Source: a virus. From it: DNA of 30,476 nt. Of this stretch, positions 9,801-17,116 are shown in pieces; position 1 is the first letter of the stretch; every line of letters starts with the position of its first letter. A program made the position numbers and the translations under genes. The notes beneath the pieces are model-generated. The model saw only the letters and a list, made by a program, of their open reading frames with translations. It did no database searches and was not told the origin of the DNA. The stretch spans positions 1 to 30,476 of the IMG/VR virus record IMGVR_UViG_3300045988_142700; one strand, 5' to 3'.

Positions 9801-11286
9801 TCCAGCGGGAGCAGATTCTAAAATAAATGTATACCTTGGATTACAGCCAACAGCAAGCGGAGATTACACGTATTTCAAATTGCCAAAACTTGAATTCGGC
9901 GACAAAGCAACCGACTGGACACCAGCCCCCGAAGACACAGACGAAAAATTCACAGAATATAGTACAACAACGCAAATGAATTCTGCTATAACTCAATCTG
10001 CAAATTCTGTATTAACTACAGTAAGCTCTAACTATGCTACAAAGGCGAGTTTGGAATTGAAAGTCGACAAAGACAAATTGATAAGCGAAATTAATGCCAG
10101 TGCAGATGTTATTACGCTTAAATCAAATCGTTTTGTTTTAGACAGCACTAACGCGAAAATTGCGGCGGATGGAACTGTAAACTTCATAGGTGGAAGTATA
10201 GGCGGTTGGAAAATTGATAAACATTCACTTTATTCAGATTATGACAAGTATCGTGTATATATACAGACTGTTACAGGTGCAGAAGATTGGGCTTTTTCTG
10301 TTCAGGAGAAAAAAGCAGATGGTAAATATTATGCCAATTTTTTAGTGGATGCAACCGGATATGTTAAAATTTCAGACGGATACTTAGCAACAAAAAATCA
10401 CAGCGTTGGCGGCAAAGGAATAGAGATATTTGAAAGTCAAGTCAAATTTTATTCATGGACGGATAAGGATAATTTTACAGGTAGTATTTACACAACATAT
10501 GTTGACGAGGGAAACAGCGGTTCTCAAAATAAAAGGCAATCATTAGTTATTTGCTCGGATTACAATGATGAAATTCATCTTGATTATAAAGATGAAAACA
10601 GAAATCCAAAGAAAGCGATAGTAATTGATAAGGACGCAGACCACAAAGTGCATATGATAGCCCCTACTGTCTTTCATGGCGATATCGATAGCACGAATGG
10701 GATTACATGTGTTTCAAATTTTAGCGTTGGAAGGCAAGGAACTGAAAGAGTTTCACGATTCTGGTGTTACAATCCAAATAATGGGCAGACCGCTACAAAC
10801 GTGAGAATTTTTAACGCAGGCGGCGAGGCAGGAACATATAAAAATGACTGTGAATTGTCGATATGGGGAACAGGCAGAGTTCAGTATAACTGGCATGTAA
10901 ATGGCACGATATACGGAAATGTCTCAAGCGACTCAGATAGAAACGTCAAGAAAGATATTCAAGCACTTGATATTGAAAATTCAGCACAATTTATTTACAG
11001 CTTGATTCCGTCAGAGTTTAGGTTTAAGAATGGTACATCAAATAGGTTACACCATGGACTTATAGCACAAGAAGTTAAAGAATCAATGGGAGACAGCGAT
11101 TGGGGATTATTTATAGACAAGAAAGTTGATGACGAAAATTACAATGAGATAGCCATAAATGAGTTGACAGACGAGCAGACGCAGCTTATGACAGCACGTT
11201 ACAGCTTGAGATATGACGAACTTATCGCGGATTTAATAGCAACGGTGCAGAGTCTTAATAACAGGCTTAAAGCATTAGAACAGTAA
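6808..11286 (+). CDS. tail-associated protein / receptor-binding tail fibre: Tal N-terminal domain, fibre region, two CBM-like modules and a C-terminal S74 intramolecular chaperone
   Basis: 1492 aa. The N-terminus MLRYKDKNGVESPL...DKTLGFSIP...DEFVIKQ resembles the phage minor structural protein N-terminal (Prophage_tail) region. Modules starting LQIGGRNL and ending WTPAPEDTD occur twice. The C-terminus is SDRNVKKDI...HGLIAQEV.... Confidence 0.85.
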   Translation: MLRYKDKNGVESPLVKYENLYVEEVLDYGDKTLGFSIPKNLAGKIELENFIKTKTDEFVIKQMNTNDNGAYDIVAKINIDELEGASFQSFETVEQTALDAANLALAGTCWTCECTVKKKRTVRMTNSSAWDILKKIADTFILEMVIDSLNKKIIFKEKIGEDKGVYFTDELNLVSLTIQSNSSDFYTRILPLGKNGLTIESVNGGSKLLENHTYSQKNKTFIWKDERYTVPKSLKEDAIAKLEELATPYTSYSCKIVDLANAKKIKAYEYKIGDVITIINKETHIRIKQRIVKLKSYPENPGENTCEISNLKLTFSAYIQKYNSTCDTVDNITNDNGTVDGDAIDNIDASKVLNLDEIISKSGRFEALTTQIANVTGQLNANTAKIGTLENTKLSSAEADIKYATIEKLDGVEGKFEDFYAKDFESVVSRIEDLTVGVEKVNTIMFGSASGGSLTTEFSNSIVANIGDAQIKSAMIESIAADKITSGKIYTNLVEILSESGNLDITDNTIQIKDDNKVTRVQIGKDANSDYNMYVWDKSGNLMFDALGLTESGVKREIIRNDMIKENANIAASKLDIESLFNVINEDGSHTLKSSKIYVDANEQTLDVAFKNMTTNVTNLQNAVTTQGTQLTAVQGQISSKVWQQDINTTVNNLQIGGRNLFQNTGYTRGNLYLGWYQSTTTAHKDEIVADNATLSGKARKITYIEVGSQGAYIDIPASLKSKKNLQKKIYTQSCLLKANKAISVTWGNSSPGFNKSTVNVSTEWQKFEIKTTVVVNYVFSKITEFFVSNAAAGTELYIADYKFEEGEFATPWTPAPEDTDSAITTVSNQYTTLNQSLTSLTATVNSNTTAISKKADGSTVTALQANVTALTADLSGFKTSVSETYTSKKEFSDLQIGGRNLLLNTADLTKWTCEDKTTVAKDVDGFFKILTTQKTSWFSIYQTVTAVSAGQTYMLSGYNKKGTKAGYVVIRYYKSGTANILLQQNVSAGRFTIKFTVPAGADSKINVYLGLQPTASGDYTYFKLPKLEFGDKATDWTPAPEDTDEKFTEYSTTTQMNSAITQSANSVLTTVSSNYATKASLELKVDKDKLISEINASADVITLKSNRFVLDSTNAKIAADGTVNFIGGSIGGWKIDKHSLYSDYDKYRVYIQTVTGAEDWAFSVQEKKADGKYYANFLVDATGYVKISDGYLATKNHSVGGKGIEIFESQVKFYSWTDKDNFTGSIYTTYVDEGNSGSQNKRQSLVICSDYNDEIHLDYKDENRNPKKAIVIDKDADHKVHMIAPTVFHGDIDSTNGITCVSNFSVGRQGTERVSRFWCYNPNNGQTATNVRIFNAGGEAGTYKNDCELSIWGTGRVQYNWHVNGTIYGNVSSDSDRNVKKDIQALDIENSAQFIYSLIPSEFRFKNGTSNRLHHGLIAQEVKESMGDSDWGLFIDKKVDDENYNEIAINELTDEQTQLMTARYSLRYDELIADLIATVQSLNNRLKALEQ
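10933..11283 (+). other. Peptidase S74-type intramolecular chaperone autoprocessing domain within the tail fibre
   Basis: S-D-R-N-V-K-K-D-I, then FRFKNG..., then HHGLIAQEVKE, then a C-terminal helix (LIADLIATVQSLNNRLKALEQ). Confidence 0.75.
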
Positions 11287-11320
11287 GAAGGGTGGTAAAT
11301 ATGTATGACGATTCATCATA

Positions 11321-11341
11321 GACGCGAAAGCGTCTTTTTTT
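11321..11341 (+). terminator. weak rho-independent terminator after the tail fibre gene
   Basis: GACGC-GAAA-GCGTC hairpin followed by T7. Confidence 0.4.
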
Positions 11342-11389
11342 AATACAAAAAATTTAAAGTTGCACTGGTGCAACGGAAAGGATTTTAAG

Positions 11390-11845
11390 ATGGAAAAAAT
11401 AAAAGGATTAATTATTGCCGCGTGGAGCATGATTATGAGCTGCTTAGGAATTCTTGCAATTCCTGTACTTCTCTTAGTCACATGCAATGTTATTGATTAT
11501 GGAACAGGGCTCGTAGCTTCAAAGTATCGAAATCAGGAGCTTGATTCTTATAAGGGTATCAGAGGGATTGCAAAAAAAATCTGCATGTGGCTTCTTGTAG
11601 CGGTTGGAGTTATCATAGACAGTTTACTTGCATATGCTTCTACAAGCGTTGGAATAGTTCAGCCGTTTAACTTTTTAGTGGCGTGTATAGTGGCAATCTG
11701 GCTGATTTGCAATGAGATTATAAGCATCCTTGAAAATATAAACGATATAGGCGTGACGCTTCCACCATTTTTACAGCCTATTGTAAGGAATTTAAAAACA
11801 CAGGTGGAGAAGAAAGCCGCAATAAATGAAAGTGAGGATAAATAA
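11390..11845 (+). CDS. holin (Phage_holin_4_1 / toxin-secretion-lysis holin family)
   Basis: ATG at 11390 after GGAAAGGA. Multiple TM helices and the motif LICNEIISILENINDIGVTLP. It lies immediately upstream of the endolysin. Confidence 0.85.
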   Translation: MEKIKGLIIAAWSMIMSCLGILAIPVLLLVTCNVIDYGTGLVASKYRNQELDSYKGIRGIAKKICMWLLVAVGVIIDSLLAYASTSVGIVQPFNFLVACIVAIWLICNEIISILENINDIGVTLPPFLQPIVRNLKTQVEKKAAINESEDK

Positions 11846-11848
11846 ATT

Positions 11849-13108
11849 ATGAAATTTGGAATCGATATATCAAGATGGCAGGGAATGTATGATTTTGAAA
11901 ATGCAAAAAAAGAGGGTATTAAATTTGCAATCTTCAGATGCGGAGGAGCAGACGATAAGAACATCGGCATGTACTATGATTCTACGTACAGAAGAAACTA
12001 TGCTGAATGTGCGAGACTTGGCATAGCAAGAGGTGTTTACTATCTCTTAGATGCAGAGTCTACAGAAGAGGCGGCAGAACAGGCACGCCACTGCCTTTCA
12101 CTTGTTGAAGGAATGAAGTTACAGCTTCCTGTGTTTGCTGATGTTGAGGGCGAGGCTCTTGACGCTGATAATCTTACAGAGATTATTAACAGATTCTGTG
12201 AAGTTATAAAAGAAGCCGGTTATGATGCAGGTGTATATGCTTCTGCAAGCCCGCTGATTAATCTGATTGATGTCAATGCAATCAAGGAAGCCGGCAACGA
12301 TGTATGGTGTGCATCATACACAGCAGAAAAGCCGCAAATCGGTGTAGACATTGATATTTGGCAGTATGGCGGCGGTTCTGATAACTTTATAAGAGACGTG
12401 CATGTCGCAGGTCAGGCAGTAGACCAGAACTTTGCATATAAAGATTATAACTTTGATGTTGATCCGGAGCAGACAGATGTTGATACATCTGATAACGAAA
12501 TGCCTGATAACAACATTGACACAAATAAATACGATGGTGTTAAAGTTAGATTTACAGGCGTGACAGATATTTATGGCACATATATCACGGCTTGGCACAA
12601 TGAAGACGGCTATGATGTAGATGGCTACGATGGCGAGACTATGCGATTGACACATGACGGTGTTGTATTTGCTGTAGTAAGAGAGTCAGATGTTGAGGTT
12701 ATCGGCTCCGTCATCGATACCGCAAACGACAACGTGATAAAAGACGGTATGCTGGTAAGATTTACAGGAAATGTTGATATTAATGGCACACCATTAAAAA
12801 TTTATGATAGAATATACACAGCAGCAGATGTGTCAGACGACACAGTTGTATTGATGGTTGATAATGATGTATATGCAAGAGTATATCTTTCTGATGTTGT
12901 TCCGGCAGATTCAGCACAGCCGGCAGACAGCGAACTCGAAAGCCATGAAGAGGAAAGAACAGCAACAGTTCAGCCAGGTGGAAGTTTTTGGCAGATTGCC
13001 AATGACTTTTTAGGAGATGGAAACAGAGCGGCAGAGCTTGCCAAATACAATGGAATGACGCTTGAAAGCGGATTGTATGCCGGTATGATTTTGAAACTTC
13101 CTGATTAA
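11849..13108 (+). CDS. endolysin: GH25 muramidase, two repeated wall-binding-like modules and a C-terminal LysM
   Basis: MKFGIDISRWQG...FAIFRCGG...FADVEGEAL...IWQYGGG matches GH25. Repeats occur at aa 229-285 and 299-351 (VRFTG..DI.GT). The LysM-like part is TVQPGGSFWQIANDFLG...YAGMILKLP. Confidence 0.9.
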   Translation: MKFGIDISRWQGMYDFENAKKEGIKFAIFRCGGADDKNIGMYYDSTYRRNYAECARLGIARGVYYLLDAESTEEAAEQARHCLSLVEGMKLQLPVFADVEGEALDADNLTEIINRFCEVIKEAGYDAGVYASASPLINLIDVNAIKEAGNDVWCASYTAEKPQIGVDIDIWQYGGGSDNFIRDVHVAGQAVDQNFAYKDYNFDVDPEQTDVDTSDNEMPDNNIDTNKYDGVKVRFTGVTDIYGTYITAWHNEDGYDVDGYDGETMRLTHDGVVFAVVRESDVEVIGSVIDTANDNVIKDGMLVRFTGNVDINGTPLKIYDRIYTAADVSDDTVVLMVDNDVYARVYLSDVVPADSAQPADSELESHEEERTATVQPGGSFWQIANDFLGDGNRAAELAKYNGMTLESGLYAGMILKLPD

Positions 13109-13165
13109 TAAATATATTAGTCAATATACATAAAAACAAAAAGGCCAATTTGTTCACATTGTCTA

Positions 13166-13194
13166 TTTACATATATTAGCCAATATAATATAAT
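13166..13194 (+). promoter_or_regulatory. sigma-A-type promoter with an embedded palindromic operator
   Basis: TTTACA, 17-nt spacer, TATAAT. The spacer contains TATATTAGCCAATATA, and a near-identical site lies at 13112-13128. Confidence 0.5.
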
Positions 13195-13240
13195 AACACC
13201 ATAGAAACGAAAAATCATTTTTAAAGAAAGGATATTAAAT

Positions 13241-13453
13241 ATGAAGTACGTGGATATGGATTTTGAAAATGTGAGAAAAATTGTAAATAAAGGTGGTGCG
13301 GATCTCACTAAGCTTAATCAGGAGGTAGCTGATTATTTAGACAAATTAGATTTGTCAGATAACGCACGATCAATTATCTCAGGAACAGAGCTCGGCATTA
13401 TGGCCGAAGTTTTTGGCGGCTTACATACAGCTCAGGAAGTGGAAGATTATTAA
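13241..13453 (+). CDS. hypothetical acidic protein (70 aa)
   Basis: RBS is AAAGGA. It is the first gene of a cassette between the endolysin and the attP-like region. Confidence 0.5.
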   Translation: MKYVDMDFENVRKIVNKGGADLTKLNQEVADYLDKLDLSDNARSIISGTELGIMAEVFGGLHTAQEVEDY

Positions 13454-13455
13454 TT

Positions 13456-13650
13456 ATGGGAGCAAAATACACTTTGAGTCAACAGAAAGCTACGGCGAAA
13501 TACATGCATGATAAGCATGTGCTTCGTGTAGTTGTTTCAAGAGAAAAGGCAGAAGCATATAAAAAAATTGCAAAAGATTCAAATAAAAGTTTGAATCAGT
13601 TTGTAATAGATTGCATAAATAAATATATTGAAGAAATGAATTTGAAATAA
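13456..13650 (+). CDS. Arc/CopG-like ribbon-helix-helix DNA-binding protein
   Basis: 64 aa. KATAKYMHDKHVLRVVVSREKAEAYKKIAKDSNKSLNQFVIDCINKYIEE fits a strand-helix-helix pattern. It is a paralogue of 23018..23212. Confidence 0.55.
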   Translation: MGAKYTLSQQKATAKYMHDKHVLRVVVSREKAEAYKKIAKDSNKSLNQFVIDCINKYIEEMNLK

Positions 13651-13785
13651 TGTGAAAAATGTTGCGTAGCTTACACGTAACATACAAAAATATGTGAAAG
13701 CCTTGAAAAATGGCGGGTTACTGTTTATGTTCAGGAAGCAGCTGACAACGGCAAGTTCTAATTGTGAAAGTTTAAAAACATGCAT

Positions 13786-13819
13786 AAAAGCCGCAGTTCC
13801 GAGGGATTGCGGCTTTTTT
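13786..13819. terminator. bidirectional rho-independent terminator
   Basis: AAAAGCCGCA, 12-nt loop, TGCGGCTTTTTT. Confidence 0.6.
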
Positions 13820-13873
13820 ACATGTGTATAGTATCAGTAATAAAATACTGTGAAAATGTGTAAAAAAAGATGC

Positions 13874-13918
13874 GTAACTAGCAAGTAACTAACAAGTAAC
13901 TAACAGTCGTAACTAACA
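13874..13918. repeat. four direct GTAACTA(A/G)CA repeats (candidate integrase arm-type sites, attP)
   Basis: Copies start at 13874, 13885, 13896 and 13909, about 60 bp from the integrase stop codon. Confidence 0.55.
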
Positions 13919-13977
13919 AAAATAAGAGCATCCGGGACGACTAATTTTGGCTCGAATGCTCTTTATATTAACTATAC

Positions 13978-15036
13978 CTATTTGATTTTTGAAATTTCTT
14001 CGCGTAACTGTTGCATCGTTCTATGTGTATATACTTTTTCTGTTATATCTTCAATCTGATGTCCAACGATTAATTTTAAAATATATTCGTTCATATTAAC
14101 TGACTTAGCTTTTGTTATGAATGTATGTCGTGTATCATGTGGTTTATGATTTAATCCGAATTTTTTATTTATTTTATTTAGTCTTCCTCTGTATTTATCA
14201 TAAGTCATGTGCATTCCTTGCTGACCGTTTTCGTCATTAAAAAGATAATCACTGTTCAATGTTACTGCTTTTTTGTAATTCTTTTCAACAAGCTCAAATA
14301 TTGCAGGGTGTATAGGTACATATCTATTGCGTCCAGCTTCACTTTTTAAACCGCCAAAAAAAGTATGATTTTGCAAATCAACATCAGCAATTTTTAAGGT
14401 TGCAAGCTCCTGAGGTCTCCAGCCACTGTAAATTCCTATCAGGACCATGTCAACAAAAGGAAAGTCAACATTATGCCAAAGCAAGTTGATTTCTTCGTCA
14501 GAAAAAGGAATACGAATGATTGTTGCATCTTCACGCTTCACGTTTTCACTTAGAGCAGCATAGTCTTTATCGACAATGTCATATTTCAGAGCATATTTAA
14601 AAAGCTGGTTGTAAAGCGATTTCATTCGTGATTTTGTGCTGTTGCCGATATTGGCATTCTTAATTGTATCTTCAAGATGATTAGGGCGTATGTCTCTCAT
14701 ACGCATGTCGTGAAGCGGTTTTGAATGATTATAAGCACTCTTATATGTTCGTGTTGCTGACGGAGCAATCTTTTCAAAATGTTCATTGCTCCATTTTTCA
14801 TATACATCTGAAAAGGTAAATTTGTGAGAGTCAATGTCATACGGATTCTGATTATAATTAATCAAGGCGGCCAGAGCCTCCTGCTTTGTTGAATAATATC
14901 CGATAGTCATATAGAACTGTTTAGCTTTTCCTGTTTTACAGTCTATAGTCCATCCTTTTGTTTTTCTGGCTATCCACGGCTTACGACGTTTGCCTGAGAG
15001 TTTATAAACGCTTCCCATTCCATTAGCATTTTTCAT
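13978..15036 (-). CDS. int: tyrosine integrase with an AP2-like N-terminal arm-binding domain
   Basis: 352 aa. N-terminus GSVYKLSGKRRKPWIARKT...GYYSTKQEALAAL. Catalytic signatures are GWRPQEL, HDTRHTF and GH...TEKVYTH. The RBS is GGAGGTG. Confidence 0.9.
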   Translation of the reverse strand: MKNANGMGSVYKLSGKRRKPWIARKTKGWTIDCKTGKAKQFYMTIGYYSTKQEALAALINYNQNPYDIDSHKFTFSDVYEKWSNEHFEKIAPSATRTYKSAYNHSKPLHDMRMRDIRPNHLEDTIKNANIGNSTKSRMKSLYNQLFKYALKYDIVDKDYAALSENVKREDATIIRIPFSDEEINLLWHNVDFPFVDMVLIGIYSGWRPQELATLKIADVDLQNHTFFGGLKSEAGRNRYVPIHPAIFELVEKNYKKAVTLNSDYLFNDENGQQGMHMTYDKYRGRLNKINKKFGLNHKPHDTRHTFITKAKSVNMNEYILKLIVGHQIEDITEKVYTHRTMQQLREEISKIK

Positions 15037-15078
15037 ATTAAAGCACCTCCATTATTTATTGTAAAAAAGGGTATAAAA

Positions 15079-15107
15079 ATAACACCTACTTGCAAAAGCG
15101 GTGTTAT
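15079..15107 (-). terminator. hairpin terminator between the DUF4236 gene and int
   Basis: ATAACACC, 13-nt loop, GGTGTTAT, followed on the minus strand by a T-rich tract. Confidence 0.45.
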
Positions 15108-15215
15108 AGGTGCTATAATATAGCTTGCTTAGGGCGATATTATAGCATGAGCATCCGCTTATGTAAGTATCGGTAAATGCCTCTTGTGTTACCGCACAGG
15201 GGGCTTTTATTGGCT

Positions 15216-16202
15216 TTATCGGTCAATGCATTTCTTGCATGCTATGTATCCCATATTTTCAACATCTGTACGTTTGCCGGTGTAATATCCTAGATTTTCA
15301 GGCTTGATTTTCTTCACTTCGGCACATGTTTTTAAATGAAACTTGTTTGTTGATGTGTTTAAAACATAGTCAACATCTTTTTCAACATATATTTTTTCTT
15401 CCGGCTGTGGAGAATTGTCTTCGTTGATAATAACATTATTGTCAGAGCAGCCAGATTCTTGCTCATAAGTATTTACGTTATCATCAGTAGCAGGAGAAAT
15501 GTTTGTTTGTTCTTCTTGTTCATTATTGTTTTGATTTAATACATCAGAAGAGGATTCGTTGTTGCTTTTTATAGATTCTTGTTCAGCTGGTGCATTAGTT
15601 GTATATTCTTTATATTCGCTTGTTTGCTCTATATACGCAGAAGTAGTTTCGATATTTGAGGCAACTTGTTGCGGTGAATTATCTACAATCCATCCTGAAT
15701 TTATGATTGAAATTGCAACAATAACCCATATAGGAGTATACACACACATCAATGTTAAAGGCTTTTTTGGAATATTTTTGTTTTTATAAACCAATGCAGC
15801 GAGTAGAGCTATTCCCAAAGGCGGAAATAGAACAAACAAAAGCCATGATACTATTTTTTTATCTCTAATTGTTGAGTCGTCATCATCATTATTCATGTTC
15901 ATATTTGGTGAGTTATAATTGTTATATCCCGGATTAGATGCTCTTGGAGTTGAATTTTGATTCGCGGATGCGGAAAAGTTACTTGCTGTTGTATTTGTAT
16001 TGTTTTTGCCGTTGGATGTGCTATCTATATTTTGATAATACAAACCGGTTCCAGGAATTCCAACAGATGATGTTTTACGTCCGGAAGAATTAATAGTATA
16101 GTGCATTCCATTGTTACCAAAGGTAAATCCTACACTTTTTTTGTTTATGTTAAATTTTGCTCCAGACCCTAATTTTATTGACTTTCTAAATCTTAATGAC
16201 AT
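15216..16202 (-). CDS. membrane protein: N-terminal DUF4236-like domain, two TM helices and a C-terminal H/C3 zinc motif
   Basis: MSLRFRKSIKLGSGAKFNINKKSVGFTFG...GIPGTGLYY is DUF4236-like. The TM helices are WLLFVLFPPLGIALLAALV and VYTPIWVIVAISII. The C-terminus is KFHLKTCAEV...GYIACKKCI. The ATG at 16202 has an AGAGGTG RBS; an alternative ATG lies at 16220. Confidence 0.7.
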   Translation of the reverse strand: MSLRFRKSIKLGSGAKFNINKKSVGFTFGNNGMHYTINSSGRKTSSVGIPGTGLYYQNIDSTSNGKNNTNTTASNFSASANQNSTPRASNPGYNNYNSPNMNMNNDDDDSTIRDKKIVSWLLFVLFPPLGIALLAALVYKNKNIPKKPLTLMCVYTPIWVIVAISIINSGWIVDNSPQQVASNIETTSAYIEQTSEYKEYTTNAPAEQESIKSNNESSSDVLNQNNNEQEEQTNISPATDDNVNTYEQESGCSDNNVIINEDNSPQPEEKIYVEKDVDYVLNTSTNKFHLKTCAEVKKIKPENLGYYTGKRTDVENMGYIACKKCIDR

Positions 16203-16270
16203 ATCTGACACCTCTTTCATTTGAATAATTCTATAACATATAAATTAGGTTCAAAATTTTAAATAGTTAC

Positions 16271-16300
16271 TTGATATAATAATATTGTATATGATATAAT
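16271..16300 (+). promoter_or_regulatory. candidate early rightward promoter
   Basis: TTGATA, 18-nt spacer, TATAAT, followed by the inverted repeat ATTCAGG...CCTGAAT (16307-16332). Confidence 0.4.
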
Positions 16301-16473
16301 ATTAATATTCAGGAGTAGGCGTTTGCCTGAATTTATGCAACAGGGCAAGCTTGGAATTGGAGATGCTGTTAAGATGTCCTCAATTTGGACATATAACATA
16401 GTTCCGGCTGCACTGGCTAAACGTCAGGGAATGACGCTGGAAGAGTTACAGAAAAAAATTGAGGAGGTGAGAA

Positions 16474-16632
16474 ATGAGTGAGCATAAAAGAAAGCGGCTG
16501 ACTGCCAAATCAACAGTCAACCGCAATACATCAACAACAAACTTAACAGACAGCTTAAAAGCGATTTGCTTGACTGGCTGTCAACGGCGGGATTCGTCGT
16601 ATTCATTCTATCATCATTCACATTTATGTTAG
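16474..16632 (+). CDS. small basic hypothetical protein (52 aa); coding frame uncertain
   Basis: Strong RBS GAGGAGGTGAGAA before the ATG. An overlapping frame also looks protein-like (..LKSDLLDWLSTAGFVVFILSSFTFMLVH), so the true product is unresolved. Confidence 0.3.
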   Translation: MSEHKRKRLTAKSTVNRNTSTTNLTDSLKAICLTGCQRRDSSYSFYHHSHLC

Positions 16633-16725
16633 TACATTAATCAGGAGGTAAATTTTTATGATTTGAATTGAGCGAATTAAAAAACATATTAATTATATCT
16701 TAACATACAAGACAGGAGGCGTGCC

Positions 16726-16962
16726 ATGCAGGGCTTTAAATATGAACCAAATACAACAGTTCCTTACAATATAATTAACGGAAAAAAGATATTTAAGGTA
16801 GTTGCACCTTTTTATTCTGATGAAAAAGGTGTCATATATGGAAAATGCCCGGCTTGCGGCGGCAGTGTTTGCAGAATATGGAATCTTTCCAATTGCGGAA
16901 ATTGCGGCTGTGAAATAAGCTGGCACGCCATTCATGTTGATGGATGGGGAGATATTGACTAA
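16726..16962 (+). CDS. zinc-ribbon protein (78 aa)
   Basis: RBS is ACAGGAGG. Contains CPACGG...CGNCGC. Confidence 0.55.
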   Translation: MQGFKYEPNTTVPYNIINGKKIFKVVAPFYSDEKGVIYGKCPACGGSVCRIWNLSNCGNCGCEISWHAIHVDGWGDID

Positions 16963-16984
16963 GCATAATCGGAGGTAAACATTT

Positions 16985-17116
16985 ATGAGCGAAAAACTTA
17001 CACCGTCTGAAATAGAAAAATTCGCAAAAGAGTGGCTTGAAGTCACTGTCAGTCTTTCAAGATTTATAAAAAAGTCTGAATCAGAATCAGAAAAAATCAA
17101 AGAAAATCAAAGTTGA
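16985..17116 (+). CDS. small hypothetical protein (43 aa) whose 3' end runs into the iteron array
   Basis: RBS CGGAGG with ATG at 16985. Translation is MSEKLTPSEIEKFAKEWLEVTVSLSRFIKKSESESEKIKENQS. Confidence 0.35.
   Translation: MSEKLTPSEIEKFAKEWLEVTVSLSRFIKKSESESEKIKENQS

Noticed and set aside
11275-11487. 70-aa minus-strand ORF between the tail fibre and holin genes
   Set aside because: It overlaps the holin start and the terminator hairpin, and it has no RBS or recognisable motif.
16335-16481. 48-aa ORF (MQQGKLGIGDAVKMSSIWTYNIVPAALAKRQGMTLEELQKKIEEVRNE) as a possible Cro or excisionase
   Set aside because: It has no convincing RBS or HTH pattern. It is noted only as a candidate small early gene, and the coding frames in 16335-16640 remain ambiguous.
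16693-17100. 135-aa minus-strand ORF across 16693..17100
   Set aside because: It overlaps two + strand ORFs that have good RBSs and a zinc-ribbon motif, and its translation is low-complexity.
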